Origin: Eledone cirrhosa
Lineage: Eukaryota
Direction: 5' to 3'
DNA length: 64,000 nucleotides
NCBI GenBank assembly: GCA_964016885.1
Contig: OZ024743.1
Location: forward strand, 152,334,001 to 152,398,000
The notes below the pieces were generated by a model. The model saw only the letters and a program-made list of their open reading frames with translations, was not told where the DNA came from and ran no database searches. This document shows, one piece after another, positions 28,706 to 42,061 of the stretch (its first letter is position 1; the number at the start of each line of letters is the position of its first letter). Made by a program: the position numbers and the translations under genes.

Positions 28706-29340
28706 ATAGATCGTAGAACAAGTAAATAGAGTGAGAAAAGAAAGAAATATGTGAAAAGGTGAGGATAGAATAGTTTGATTTTTTCTAATATTAGTGAAGA
28801 TAGGGAATAATGTTGTAATAGTGATTATATGTAAATGGAGAAGGTAAATCTAGAGTAAAACATATGCAGGGAAGTGCTAGAGAAATGAGAAAGATGTGAG
28901 AGAAATTAAGTTTAATACAAAAATGCACATCAGAGTGGGCAAGCCATCAACAAGTGTTTTATTTGGGGTAGTTATATTAAGAAGATAAAATGCTAGCTGA
29001 TAAAACCTCAGAATCAATTTAAATGAAGTTAAGACAAAAATGAAATAATAGAGGGTGGAGTGAAGGAAACAAGAAAGATATAGGTAGGGAGACATTAGAG
29101 GATAGGACTATTAGAAATGAAAGGATAATAAAAGTTCTTAGTTGTTCTTAGATGAAATAAAAGAAAATGATAATGTTTTAAAGTGAAATAGGAAAAAAGA
29201 AAAGAAAAACATGGTTAAAGCAACCCAATAATAAATTATGACAATTCCATCATGCTATCAAAGTCTACATATATATTTATTTTACTCAGTAGGATGGTAT
29301 TGTTTTTAATTCATAATGGAGCTATTGTTTTGCATTTGAA

Positions 29341-29627
29341 TGCCTTTCAGACTGCTAATCACCCAACCATGAAATATGAGTGTGACCTGTTTTTATCAAA
29401 TAAGCAAATTAAAAGAAACAAAGTTATGTACCTTGATCAGGCAGCTAGGTTGGATTCTGGATGAGAAATATAAACATGGGTATGCCTTTCATACTACTAA
29501 CCTCTCAACCATGAAATATGAGTGAGGCCTCTTTTTACCAATCATGTAAATTAAAAGAAACTAAGATATGTACCTTAATCAGATACCTAGGTTTGACTGG
29601 ATTCTTGATGAGAAATATAAACCTGGG
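29341..29627. repeat. Diverged ~142-bp tandem duplication
   Basis: TGCCTTTCA...CAACCATGAAATATGAGTG...GATGAGAAATATAAAC occurs twice. Confidence 0.85.
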
Positions 29628-29629
29628 AA

Positions 29630-32320
29630 CAAAGCATAAATAACAAAGTTCTGTGCACTTTGTGCTAATCTAGATGCAAAAAGAGATACTATCTTACATC
29701 AGAGATGTTACTATCATTGCCATTTTCAAGTAAGGAGATAAATCAGATTGTATTAAATGCTGGTAAAATTCTGACTCATCCTACAATCAGAAACTTATCT
29801 TAGAATCTGATCTGCCACCTACCAGATTTATGTGATTCTCTATGCTCAACAGGTATAGGAGAAAGACCATGAGCAATTCTAACTGTTGTACATGACTGTG
29901 ACCCTGCCAAGGCATTTGATTCTAAAATCATGAATGTTTGTGGAAAATGATAGCCAAACTAGGATGCCCACAAAAATTCTTTAATCACATAGCTTCTGCA
30001 CAACATGAAAGCCCAGGTGTAGTGCCAGTTTTATACAACAGATCAACTTGAAGTGAAAATTGAATGGAGTAAGGTAGGGATGCAGATTTGCCATCTGCAC
30101 TCTTTTCCATCATACTATCAACTATGCTTCTACTGATGATGCACTAAATAAATGCAACTGACATCTAGATTTCAAACCATACATATAGAAAGCTAATCAA
30201 CACAAGGAGACTCTATGCCAGAACAAAGGCCATGATTACACCAGAAATTGAAATTCAATATACAGATAATGCCACATTGTAGTGGAACTTCAGATAATTA
30301 CCAACCTATTTACTAAAGGGTTCTGGCAGATCATCCACCAACTTCGTAATAAGCAGCCCTCCTCCACGCCTGCTATCAAGAACATGTCTGGGTTCTCTCT
30401 TTAGAGAGGTGCATTCTTACAAGGTGGAGAGAATACTTTGCTGATCTCCTAAATGCGATCTTATCTTTTTATGTACAGTGGGAGTGGTGACTAGTCTCAC
30501 AGAAGCTTGTTTTGTCAACCTTGAAAAAGCATATGACTATGTTCCTTGAGACCTGGTGTGGAAGGTTTTGCAGAAGATGGGGTTGATGGTCAGCTTCTTG
30601 TTGCCTTGATGTCTCTATATGAATACCCGAGTATTTGTGTTCGGGTAAATGGTGCTAAATCAAAACCATTCAATGTAGGAGTTGACTTCATCAAGGGTGC
30701 ATACTATCACCTCTCCTGTTCATTATTTACATGAAGAAGATTGACATGCGCAGTCAGGTTGGAAGTGACATCATGACTGGTGTGTGTAAAATCAGTTGGC
30801 TGGAATTTTCAGACGATATGATGTTACTTAACTCGACAGAAGGTGATCTCTGACTTGCACTTGATAGGTTTGATGCAGAGTGCTGCATGGCTCGAATGAA
30901 AATCAGTGCTGCAAAAACTGAGACATTCGTGAATGGAGTTCTACTGCAGCAGGTAGAGAAGTCCAAGTGTCTCGAGGCTGTGTTTCCAAGTGAAGGAAGG
31001 CAGGAGGCTGAATTAAACAAGAACTCCAGGAGTTGATGCAGTAATGCACCAGCTTCAGCATTCAGTAATCAGAAGAAAGGAGGTAGGCATAATATCCAAA
31101 CTCACTATCTTCAATTTGGTATTTGTGCCAACCATTACCTATGGTCATCAATCTTGGGTAATGATCGAAAGAATATGATTGTGAGTACAAGCAACCAAAT
31201 TAGGGTTCCTTCAAAGGGTCTTTTGAGTATCATTACTCAATAGAGTGTATAGCTTGGCAATCAGAGATTCACTCCAGGTAGAGCTGCTGCTCCTCTGAAT
31301 TAAGAGATCACTGCTCCGATACTATGGGCATGTGGTTAGAATGTCTCAGGAAAGAATCACTGGACAGATTTTACAGGCAAAACCAACTGGCAGGAGACCC
31401 AGGGGTAGACCCTGAGCAAGATGTTTGGATAACATCCATGAGCTTGGCTGGTCTCACTTGGGGATCCAGCCTGATCAGTTGGAGATGGTTGCTTCTGACA
31501 GGACCTGCTGGAAGTAATGTTTGTGAACTTTGCACCCACGACCCTCTCAGGAATAAGTGGGTGAAGAAGAAGTGATATGAGTCTAACTTTCAACATAATT
31601 AAAAGAAAGTCCTTGCATCAATAAACCCCCAGCAAGGAAGATTCAGTCCAGTTACTCAGTTCTTCAGGTAAATGGAAAGATGGAGGAAAATGAAGATCAT
31701 TTCAATACCTGTGTACCATAGAACACAAAGAATGAGATACAACACTGGATAAACTGTTCCAATATAACATTTTGTTATCTGAGAAAATGCGCATTTTGAA
31801 GATCATGATCTGAGACAGACAATGAAATTTATAGTGTAAAAGGCAGTTGTACCTCTATTGCTCTCAAATCTGGACATCCCCATAAGTTGAAAATACACCA
31901 GTTTTGAGGAAAATCAAGCACATCTAGTAGCAGACTGGTAGAGGAAGGTCAGCATGCTTATGGAGACCAATATGGCTCACAGTGCATATCAGCTATGATA
32001 AGCTGGTTAAGTCCACTGGTAACTCAACTATTTGATTTCCAACAGAATGAAGGAAACTACATGCAGCGATGTCATAGGAAGTTGTTTAAAGATGTACTTA
32101 AAGGGAATTTGAAAAACTAAGGCATCAGTGTGTATGAGTGGGTAATGTTGGGGAATAAGCAACACAAGTGCTGATGGATTATCTACGAAGGAGTCTAACA
32201 CTTCGATACAGCATAAACTGAACATCTCAATAATAAATGTGAATTAAGAAAACAACACAAAGCAAGCAGAACAGTGCCTTTTCTCCCATGAGATAACAAA
32301 TATCAAGTCTGCAATCTGAA
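29630..32320 (+). mobile_element. Old BovB-like RTE remnant, interrupted by 30318-31571
   Basis: AKAFDS and LWKMIAKLGCPQKF motifs before the insert; decayed F.YL-like region after it. Confidence 0.5.
30318..31571 (+). mobile_element. Degraded RTE (Expander-like) with GAAGAAG tail
   Basis: FWQII.QL, WREYF, CFVNLEKAYD, GRRPRGRP; the same 3' end recurs at 62640-62900. Confidence 0.7.
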
Positions 32321-32617
32321 TTATTAATCCTGCATTAGAGTAGTCAAGCATGTGGATCCACAGGAATTAAATCTGAAGGACAAACATCCTTGACCTAAGG
32401 GATTGCTGCCAACAATGACGAAGATTATAGCATATATATGTATGGTTGTACAAATAGTAAAAAAGTTCTGAATACAAGTAGCAGAGTTTTGCTTGTTCAA
32501 AGATGACAGTTTATTCCACAACAACTTAATGTTTCTTATTGTGTATGATCCTTGTGTAGGATCAAATAAAAGAAACTTAATAATAATTAAATGAATCTTC
32601 AGCTTCAAATGACCATG

Positions 32618-32644
<27 letters not shown>

Positions 32645-32649
<5 letters not shown>

Positions 32650-32920
32650 TATTGTTATACTTTGGGAGGGTCATTAGCTTACAAATTTAGAAGGGCCCTA
32701 GATAAACTTAAACTAAATATTAAGATAGTAGAAAGACCAGGTACCTCCATAAAATCACTTATTGGTAATACATACCCTTTTCAAAGTCCTCCCTGTATAG
32801 ATAAGAAATGCATAATCTGCAAACTAAGCCCCCATATTAACTGTAAAACTAGAAACATAGTATATAGCATAAGATGTACTGAAGGACAATATAAAGATAA
32901 GAATAGGGTGTACATATACA
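32645..32920 (+). mobile_element. PLE fragment: short inverted terminus plus linker/GIY-YIG start
   Basis: IVERPGTSIKSL...CIDKKCIIC...CKTRNIVYSIRC; the terminus matches 6586-6610. Confidence 0.7.
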
Positions 32921-33061
32921 CCACTGATATTCATCAAACTGCTACGTTGTATTGTTTACACTACTGATAATAAACAAACTTTTTTTTTTAAATTGACATC
33001 GATATGGAGACATTTGAGGGGACTAAACAGTCACGCATAGACACACAAATACATATTTACA

Positions 33062-33213
33062 ATGGGCTTCCTTGCAATTTCTATCTACCAAATTCACTCA
33101 TAAGGCAATAGTTCACCCAATAATATAGAAGACACTTGCTCACATAATGCCAGGGAGCTCAAAACCATGTGGTTTCCATGCAAACTACTTAATCACACAG
33201 ACATGACCGCGCC
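33062..33213 (-). mobile_element. CORE-like SINE family C
   Basis: Minus strand GGCGCGGTCATGTCTGTGTG...GAGCAAGTGTCTTCTA...GAGTGAATTTGGTAGA. Confidence 0.6.
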
Positions 33214-33245
33214 CGTGTGTGAGTATGTATGTATATACATATATA

Positions 33246-33283
<38 letters not shown>

Positions 33284-33541
33284 TATACATATATATATAT
33301 ACATATACATATATATACATATATATACATATATATATATACATATATATACATATATATATATACATATACATATATATACATATATATATATACATAT
33401 ATATATATACATATATATACATATATATATATATACATATATATAGATACATATATATATATATATATACATACATATACATATATATATACATACATAT
33501 AGATATATATATATACATATATATATATACATATATATATG

Positions 33542-33575
<34 letters not shown>

Positions 33576-33774
33576 CATACATATATACATACATATATAT
33601 ATACATATATACATACATATATATATATACATATATACATACATATATATATACATATATATATACATATATGTATATATATATGTATATATATATGTAT
33701 ATATATATACATACTACTTAATCACACAGACATGACCGCGCCCGTGTGTGAGTATGTATGTATATACATATATA

Positions 33775-33820
<46 letters not shown>

Positions 33821-33825
33821 TATAC

Positions 33826-33857
<32 letters not shown>

Positions 33858-34164
33858 ACATATATATACATATATATATATACATATATATACATATACA
33901 TATATATACATATATATACATATATATATATACATATATATACATATATATATATACATATATATACATATATATACATATATATATATATACATATATA
34001 TACATACATATATATATACATATATATACATACATATATATATATATATACATACATATACATATATATATACATACATATATATATATATATACATACA
34101 TATACATATATATATACATACATATAGATATATATATATACATATATATGAATATATATATATA

Positions 34165-34195
<31 letters not shown>

Positions 34196-34467
34196 ATACA
34201 TATATACATACATATATATATACATATATATACATATATATATATACATATATATATATACATATATATATACATATATATATACATATATATACATATA
34301 TATATATACATATATATACATACATATATACATATATATACATATATATATACATATATATATACATATATATACATATATATATACACATATATATATA
34401 CATATACATATATATATACATATATATATACTTATATATATACACATATACATATACATATATATAT
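33184..34467. repeat. Two tandem units, each a SINE head plus a long TACA/TA array
   Basis: ACTACTTAATCACACAGACATGACCGCGCCCGTGTGTG is identical at 33184 and 33713. Confidence 0.85.
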
Positions 34468-35020
34468 GGTAGCTGCCAACTCGTTTTCGAGTACGGCCAA
34501 TACTTTATATCCATCTAGGAGAACCCCTACCGATGCGCTGAACGAATATGACTTTTTAGTCCAGCCAGCGACTTAAAAACTCTGGTACAAACACTACACT
34601 TGTGACAATTATTGACACATAGTGCTGGGCCCATGGTACCATGTAACGACAAGTGCAGAAAGATCTCCAGATATAAAGCAATGCCTGTGCCGTGAAGCTT
34701 TTATAGTGAGCAAAGGCTCTGCAGAAAGCCAGTCCCACTCTCTTAACCAAGATGATATTTACCAAAAAGAAGAACAAGTCAACATCATTGGATACCATCA
34801 GGGTTGCAGGTGTTATATCAGAGTTTTCCTTCTCCTAGAATTCTGCCTTGACAAAGGCTAAGGGGTCATCTCTCCTGGTGATTTTGGATGGCCATTGACT
34901 CTTAAGAGTTCCTTTGCCCTTTGACAGGTTTTGTTTTTAATCCTGCAGGATGTCCAAAGTCACCCTCCTCACCAAGAAACCTTGGTGGGGTTGCCAGTTT
35001 AGTCGCCAATGACCCGACCA
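34468..35020 (-). mobile_element. Bipartite non-autonomous RTE derivative (5'-UTR-like part plus zinc-finger 3' end)
   Basis: CTAGGAGAAGGAAAACTCTGA motif, which I recall from RTE 5' UTRs; encodes [23 protein letters not shown]; 3' end resembles 55124-55160. Confidence 0.6.
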
Positions 35021-37150
35021 TGATACATACATACATACATACATACAGGTATATATATACATGGGTATTGGTATCGGTCAATCCTTGGCCTGGCACTTGA
35101 ACTAAAAGCCTGTTGAGAAAGTGACATCCTTGTTCAATCATCTTACCAAAAGCTTAACATTATTTGTCTAAGCGGACAGTACTTGATTTAGGAGTCGCAG
35201 AAACCCAAATGCTGGATTTTCACCAACCATCCAGGGGTCCGGGTAAATTTTTCAATAATATTTTTATATTTTGTTTGACCCGAATTACTTGGTCGTTTCT
35301 ATGGATGTGCAGATAATGGTTTAACCATCGTCTCAGTGTGTTTGGCCTTTTAACGTATGTTGTAGCTCTGGTTCGTTAGAATCTATTGAGCGCTTGCCAC
35401 ACATCTCGGAAGTTGTTTTTCGCTAATTTCCAATAGCCGAAATACGATTCTCGCTAATTTATATTTGTATATATATATATATATATATACAATATATTAA
35501 TAAATGGAAACTATATTTATAAAACCATATTTATTTTATTATACATATTTCAAGGGCAACCAAGGCAAATTATGGTGCGCTTTCATTAGATAAAATACAG
35601 ATTTGTTTTATAAATAAATATTGACATACCCAGAAAAAAAAGACAACCTTAACGGTTGGAGTTTCCTGGATAGTGGAGATATTACATTTATTGAGGGTGA
35701 TACAAAATTATGAGCGAGTATGCAAATAAGTGTCCGAAAGGTTGAAAAGATAACGGTTTATTTAAATTAAACTGTTGTAAGGTGATATGTAAGGGAGAGA
35801 GAAAAAAAGAAAAAAGAAAGGAGAAAGATAGAAGAGGAAAGAAAGAACGATTATATATATTGATAGTGAAAATAGAGTGCATGAAGAGATGAGTTTCAAA
35901 GGATAAATATACACACTAAGTGAGAGAAGAAATGAGAATAACGTGGAAGAATAATATTTATAATGCGGGATTCATTACGTTTTGATTATAATATTTATAA
36001 TGATAGGTTGAAAAATTAGATTAAAATTAAATTAAAATTAAAAAATTAGAAATCAAAATTAAAGATTAAAATTTACCTTAATATTAAAGATTTTATTTAA
36101 TAATTTAATATTAATAATTAGTTTAAATGTGTATGTTAAGGATTATAAATTATTTAAATAAATATATAGTATTTTACATTAGAGCAAATCTAGTATAGTT
36201 TATTTTATTAAAAGTTGTAAGTCAAAAATTTAAACATCCAAATAATTCTAAATTTATGAATAATTTTCGAGAGTTTACAAAGGAATAATCACTTAGTTAT
36301 ATTATAAAAACAGTAAGGAAGTGTAAAGGAAGTTAGAAGTGATTTTTTAACTCAGATGACTCTAAGGATTAAATGTTATAAAGTTAAAAATTGTTTATCT
36401 TAAGAATATAATTAAAACATGTACTATATGTTATTTTATACAAAGTCATAAATTTACTTGCTATAAGGTTAAAACATTTAAAAAATTTATCTTAAGAATA
36501 TATTTAAAGCATAAACCATAGGTTATTCTACATATATATAAAAAACCTATATATAAAAATCATATGTTTTTCCACATATATATAAACATTTGGATATATA
36601 TATTAAACACGTTTGAAGATATAAAAATATAAAAATATAAAAATATAACAATATAAAAGTATTGGAAAGTATGAAAATAATGGTTTTTCTATATCTTTCA
36701 AAGGAATTTTCAAAAGATTTTCTTAAAACCTTCTGTAAGTTTTTCAAGAAAAAATTTTCCTTAAAGGAGTTTCAAGCAATCATATAAAGAAATTTTATAA
36801 TCTATCGATAGGTGTAATAATATTAAGAATATAGTATATATATGTGAAGTAGAGATAATACGAAGTAAATTAAATATATGAATCATATATAGATATAGAA
36901 GACATTATGTAAAAGAGATAAATCATATATTACATTTTATATATATATTTAAAAGTTGAGTTTAAACGATGTTTGCAGGAACTGAATAAATTATTTCGCA
37001 AATTAATAGAGTTCTTACTTTTTAATATAAAAAATATTTCTTCAGCACAAAGAGAGCAATTTTGGTATAACCTCTGCATATATATATGTCCCAAGGCTCT
37101 GATACAATCAACACCATAAACACAGAGCTGGCATATCTAAGAACTGACTA

Positions 37151-37206
37151 ACTGCCTGATGAGGTCATAGCCACTCAATGGGTATCATCGAAATATATAT
37201 AGCAGT
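37151..37206 (+). ncRNA. Minimal type I hammerhead ribozyme motif
   Basis: ACTGC-CTGATGA-GGTCATAGCCA CTCAA TGGGTATCATC-GAAA-TATATA-TA-GCAGT then AATAAA. Confidence 0.75.
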
Positions 37207-37249
37207 AAATAAAGGATTATGAGTTCATGCAATCGACTTATGTTTCGTC

Positions 37250-37287
<38 letters not shown>

Positions 37288-37489
37288 TGTATATATATAT
37301 ACATATATGTATATATATATACATATGTATATATATATACATATGTATGTATATATATACATATGTATGTATATATATATACATATGTATGTATGTATAT
37401 ATATATACATATGTATGTATATATATATATACATATGTATATATATATATATATGTATGTATATATATATATATATATACATACATATG

Positions 37490-38449
37490 TGGTACGGGGC
37501 ATAGGCACCCCTGCACCGGCCCCACCATCTGCCGAACCCTAATTGAGCAGGGAGGCCGCACCGCGCAGGTTTATAGCCCCACAGTGGGCCCTTATAACCC
37601 TCATGATAGTGACAACCAACAACCTCGCAAGAATAGGACCGCGAAGGTCACATGGTATAACCCCCCGTACTCGGTGGGTCTACGTACCAGCCTGGCTAGA
37701 ACATTCTTTAGACTACTGGATAAATGTTTCTCTAGGGCCCACAAGTACCATAAAATATTCAACAGGCACACAGTGAAACTTTCCTACTCAACCACATGCT
37801 CCGTAGCCCAGCACATAGCCGGCATAAATAGGAATAGGCTCACTTCCTCTAATACCACCATAAACCCCGGAGCCACCCAACGGAACCAGCATGCGGGACA
37901 CACCAGACCCCGGACAGGCCCATCTAGCACACTGGAACCCAACGACCCTGTGCTGATTGTGGCGGCTACCCAGCCAACCCCGATGATGGTAACCACGCGG
38001 TACATGTGCTGGGGCTCAAGAAGTCATGCAATTGCAGAGACCCATCACTATGCCCCCTTAGTAATGAATGCATGACGAGAAACATAGTCTACAGGTGCAA
38101 GGTCACAACTCTTAACTCGGAGCACTACTACATAGGATCCACGGCAACGAGCTTCAAAGATAGGTGGTATAACCATCGCCATTCCTTTAACAGAATAGAA
38201 AAGAGGAAATGTACAGCCCTTTCTGAATTGATCTGGAAGCTCAAACTTGAAAAGACCCCGCACTCTCTGGTCTGGTCCGTGGTTAGAAAGGTTCCCCCAG
38301 ACATCGGTGGGTCTGGTATTTGCAACCTCTGTCTTAGTGAGACACTTGAGATACTGCATGGCGGAACCAAGCTATTAAACAGAAGGGCCGACTTATTCGG
38401 CGCCTGCAGACACCTAAGGACGGGAACTTTCCTCAAGTTATATGGATAA
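37490..38449 (+). mobile_element. Penelope-like element: linker plus complete GIY-YIG endonuclease, frameshift near 38000
   Basis: [61 protein letters not shown]...CRH. Confidence 0.9.
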
Positions 38450-39199
38450 ACCCCGGTTCTGGCCTTCCACACGCCCCCCCCCCCCCCCTGTAGGTCCCCT
38501 ACACCCCGTACCAATGACCAATGGCCTATAACCACCCATAGTTTGTGGTCCCTGCGGTGGATTGTCCACCGGATCCTCTTCTGGTTAAGAGGCAACAAAA
38601 CATCGTAGATTGAACCTGAGAAACCCCCCCCCCCCCCCGGGAGTGGCCCACACAGGAAGAACAATCATACCAAGGTACTAACCCTATACACATGAATGAG
38701 TGCCCGCAACCGTACATAGTGTGTGTATACTGGGATTACGTGAGTGTACACACTCATGTGAATGCAACGAAATACTAATACCCCAGGTTGCATTTGAAAA
38801 ATGTTCAAGTGTATGCTTAGGAGTATGTTTGTATATGCTCTCTTGTATGATTGCACATGTGTATATAGACATACACGCACATCCAGAGGTATAAAAGTAT
38901 GGCTGGGTATGTGTATCTGTACTAAGGGATTCGCCTAAGCTCCAAAGCCCCCAAGCTATTGCTGTGAAGATATATCACACTCAACTTTGTCTAGTCTAAA
39001 CAATAACTTTTCCAAACACCCACTTTACTTTTCTTTAAAAATAACACCCACCTAGTTTTATGTCTGCCTTATACTTGGATTTGGGAGCCTCTGTCGTATA
39101 TATATATGCACTTGTGCGTACATATATATATATATACACACCTGTATGGATTTGTATGTGTAGATGTGAGTGTGTGTCTGAGGGGGTAGGTGTGAGTGT

Positions 39200-40229
39200 A
39201 TCATCATCATCATCATCAGGTTTAGCGTCCGTGTTCCACGCTTGCATGGGTTTGGACTGGGGTTTTCCCACTTGAGGCAAGAGTGGTTGTCTTGCTCGCA
39301 TAGGACTGTCTGGCGGGTTTTCTACAGTTGGATGCCCTTCCTAACACCAACCACATTTACAGTGTGGGGCTGGGAGGTTTTTACCGTGTTGCCTACACGG
39401 CCACATTACAGCGTGGACTGTCTGGCGGGTTTTCTACAGCTGGATGCCCTTCCTAACACCAACCACATTTACAGTGTGGGGCTGGGAGGTTTTTACCGTG
39501 TTGCCTACACGGCCACATTTACAGCGTGGACTGTGTGTTTTTTGTCGTGACACCTACACGATCTCATTTGTTTCGGCCTGGATGTTGTGGGACCAACATA
39601 ACTTTACATTGAAAGGGGCGGTGTGGGTGGGGTGGAGGTGGTGGGACGGGGGTGTGTTTTGATAGAGATGCCTACTGACTGTAGTAGGTTTTTACTTTGT
39701 ATTTAGGTAAGGCGGGTCTTCTCTATTACTGAGTACCGCCAAAGGTCTCGGTCCAGTGACATTGTCTTGGAGAGGTGTAAGCGTGTGAGGTCGGAATTTA
39801 TCAGCTCGTCCCATGTTTTTCTGGGTCTGCCTACTCCGTGGCTACCGTCTATCTTTATTGCCCTGCACTTTGTTATACAGCTGTCGTTTTTCATGCGCAT
39901 CACGTGACCGTACCAACGTAGCCTTCTCTCGAGTAAACAACATCTGATCCCTCTTATTTCTAATTTTTTCCTTAGTTCGTTTATGCTTTGCCGTTCACGT
40001 ATATTACTATTGCACATCCAGCGGAGCATGCAAGCTTCGTTCCTCTCTAGTCTGCGTATATCCTCTGCACACAATGCCCAGGTCTCACTGCCATGCAGCA
40101 TTGCTGTTCGTATGCAGGTATCGTATAACCTGCCTTTCATTTTTAGGGAGAACCCTCTAGCGGCTAATAGTGGTATAAGCTCTCTGAACTTTTTCCATCC
40201 AGTTCTGACTCTAGCTACTGTACTTTCAG
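39200..40229 (-). mobile_element. 5'-truncated RTE LINE
   Basis: KGRLYDTCIRTAMLHGSETW...RLRWYGHV; (CAT)n on plus; duplicated 3' UTR block. Confidence 0.95.
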
Positions 40230-40486
40230 ATGTATGTACAAGTCAACCAACATAGGTCTCTTTATTTCTAAACTCTCTAAGTATTTGACTCTTACCATAA
40301 TTTTCAGTATTATCACCCCACATAAATTCCTCAATTTGTATGTGTGGATGTGTGTGTGTGTCTGTAGGGGTGGGTTTGAATGTATGTGCAAGTCAACCAA
40401 CATAAGTCTTTTTATATGTAAATTTTCTAGTATTCTACTCTAACCATAATTTTCAGTAGTACCACCCTACATACATTCCTCAATTT
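40230..40486. repeat. ~105-bp diverged direct repeat, period ~151
   Basis: TGTATGT.CAAGTCAACCAACATA...ATTCCTCAATTT occurs twice. Confidence 0.8.
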
Positions 40487-41096
40487 AAGATTAACCTGTA
40501 GTATCGAATTTCATACTATAAACCCCAATTGAATATATATCTGACCAGGAATGCTTTTTATGAAAATCAGTCATATGGAACTATTGTCATCTTGCCTAAA
40601 GGTTTGAAATTTACAACACCATTTGAGGTCAAATACCAACCCTACTAGCATCTACAAACAAGATTATTCCTGCTGACAACATTAAATTATTCCTAACAAG
40701 CTCATATGTCCCAAAGCTCTGACACAGTCACACTCTCACACGGCTGGCCTCTTCCTCACACTTCCACTCACTCACTCTCTACTTCTGCCTCTCTCTCACT
40801 TACGCCCGTTTGACCTGTATGAAATCCTTTTCACGCTCACGTATGTCGGATGGTCTGTATCTCTCATCCATGAATTCACCAAGCGTAAGCTTATGGATAT
40901 CATGTACTTGTCTCTTCCTATCTTTCCGTTGCAATACCATCGTTGTTTGTTTACATGTCTCGCTCGTTCACTCTATTTTACTTGTCCCAATAACTTTATT
41001 TAGTTATTGCTCGCACCAACCAGAGGTATATGATTTTTAAAGCGATGAAATACCAAGGAAAGCTGGAAGATCACTGATGAAGGACTAATTTTATTC

Positions 41097-41257
41097 ATAT
41101 ATATATATATATGTATATATATATATGTATATATATATATATGTATATATATATATGTATATATATATATGTATATATATATATGTATATATATATGTAT
41201 ATATATATATGTATATATATATTTATATATATATATATGTGTATATATATATATATG

Positions 41258-41302
<45 letters not shown>

Positions 41303-41303
41303 G

Positions 41304-41336
<33 letters not shown>

Positions 41337-41445
41337 GTATAATTATATGTATATATATACATTTATATATATATATGTATATATATATATGTATAATTAT
41401 ATGTATATATATACATTTATATATATATATATGTATATATATATG

Positions 41446-41528
<83 letters not shown>

Positions 41529-41649
41529 GTATAGACATATATAAATATACGTATATATATATATATACATATATAAATATACGTATATATATATATACAT
41601 ATATATATATGTATATATATATGTATATATATATGTATATATATACATT

Positions 41650-41701
<52 letters not shown>

Positions 41702-41790
41702 CATTTATATATATATATATGTATAGACATATATAAATATACGTATATATATATATATACATATATAAATATACGTATATATATATATAC

Positions 41791-41868
<78 letters not shown>
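41097..41868. repeat. Complex (TA)n/(TATG) array
   Basis: Direct inspection. Confidence 0.95.
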
Positions 41869-41869
<1 letters not shown>

Positions 41870-42012
41870 ATGAGTCCAGAATAAGCCGTCGAAACGGCTT
41901 GAGCTCAGCTGTCGGGGTCTTACTGGTTCCTATTACCCACTCTACTACCTCAAGTATTGAGTACTTTGGTGCGTTATGGTCCACCTGGTTCCTTACCACA
42001 TTTCCTTCGTTA
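41868..42012 (+). mobile_element. PLE-type terminal fragment with a 5'-clipped HHR
   Basis: TAATGA...GAAA-CGGCT TGAGCTC AGCTG-TC; downstream GTATTGAGTACT is shared with 9689 and 49244. Confidence 0.5.
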
Positions 42013-42061
42013 TATATACATATATAAATATACGTATATATATATATATACATATATATAT

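Noticed and set aside
41070-41098. CTGATGAAGG possible HHR 5' half
   Set aside because: Cut off by the microsatellite; no GAAA or stem III to confirm.
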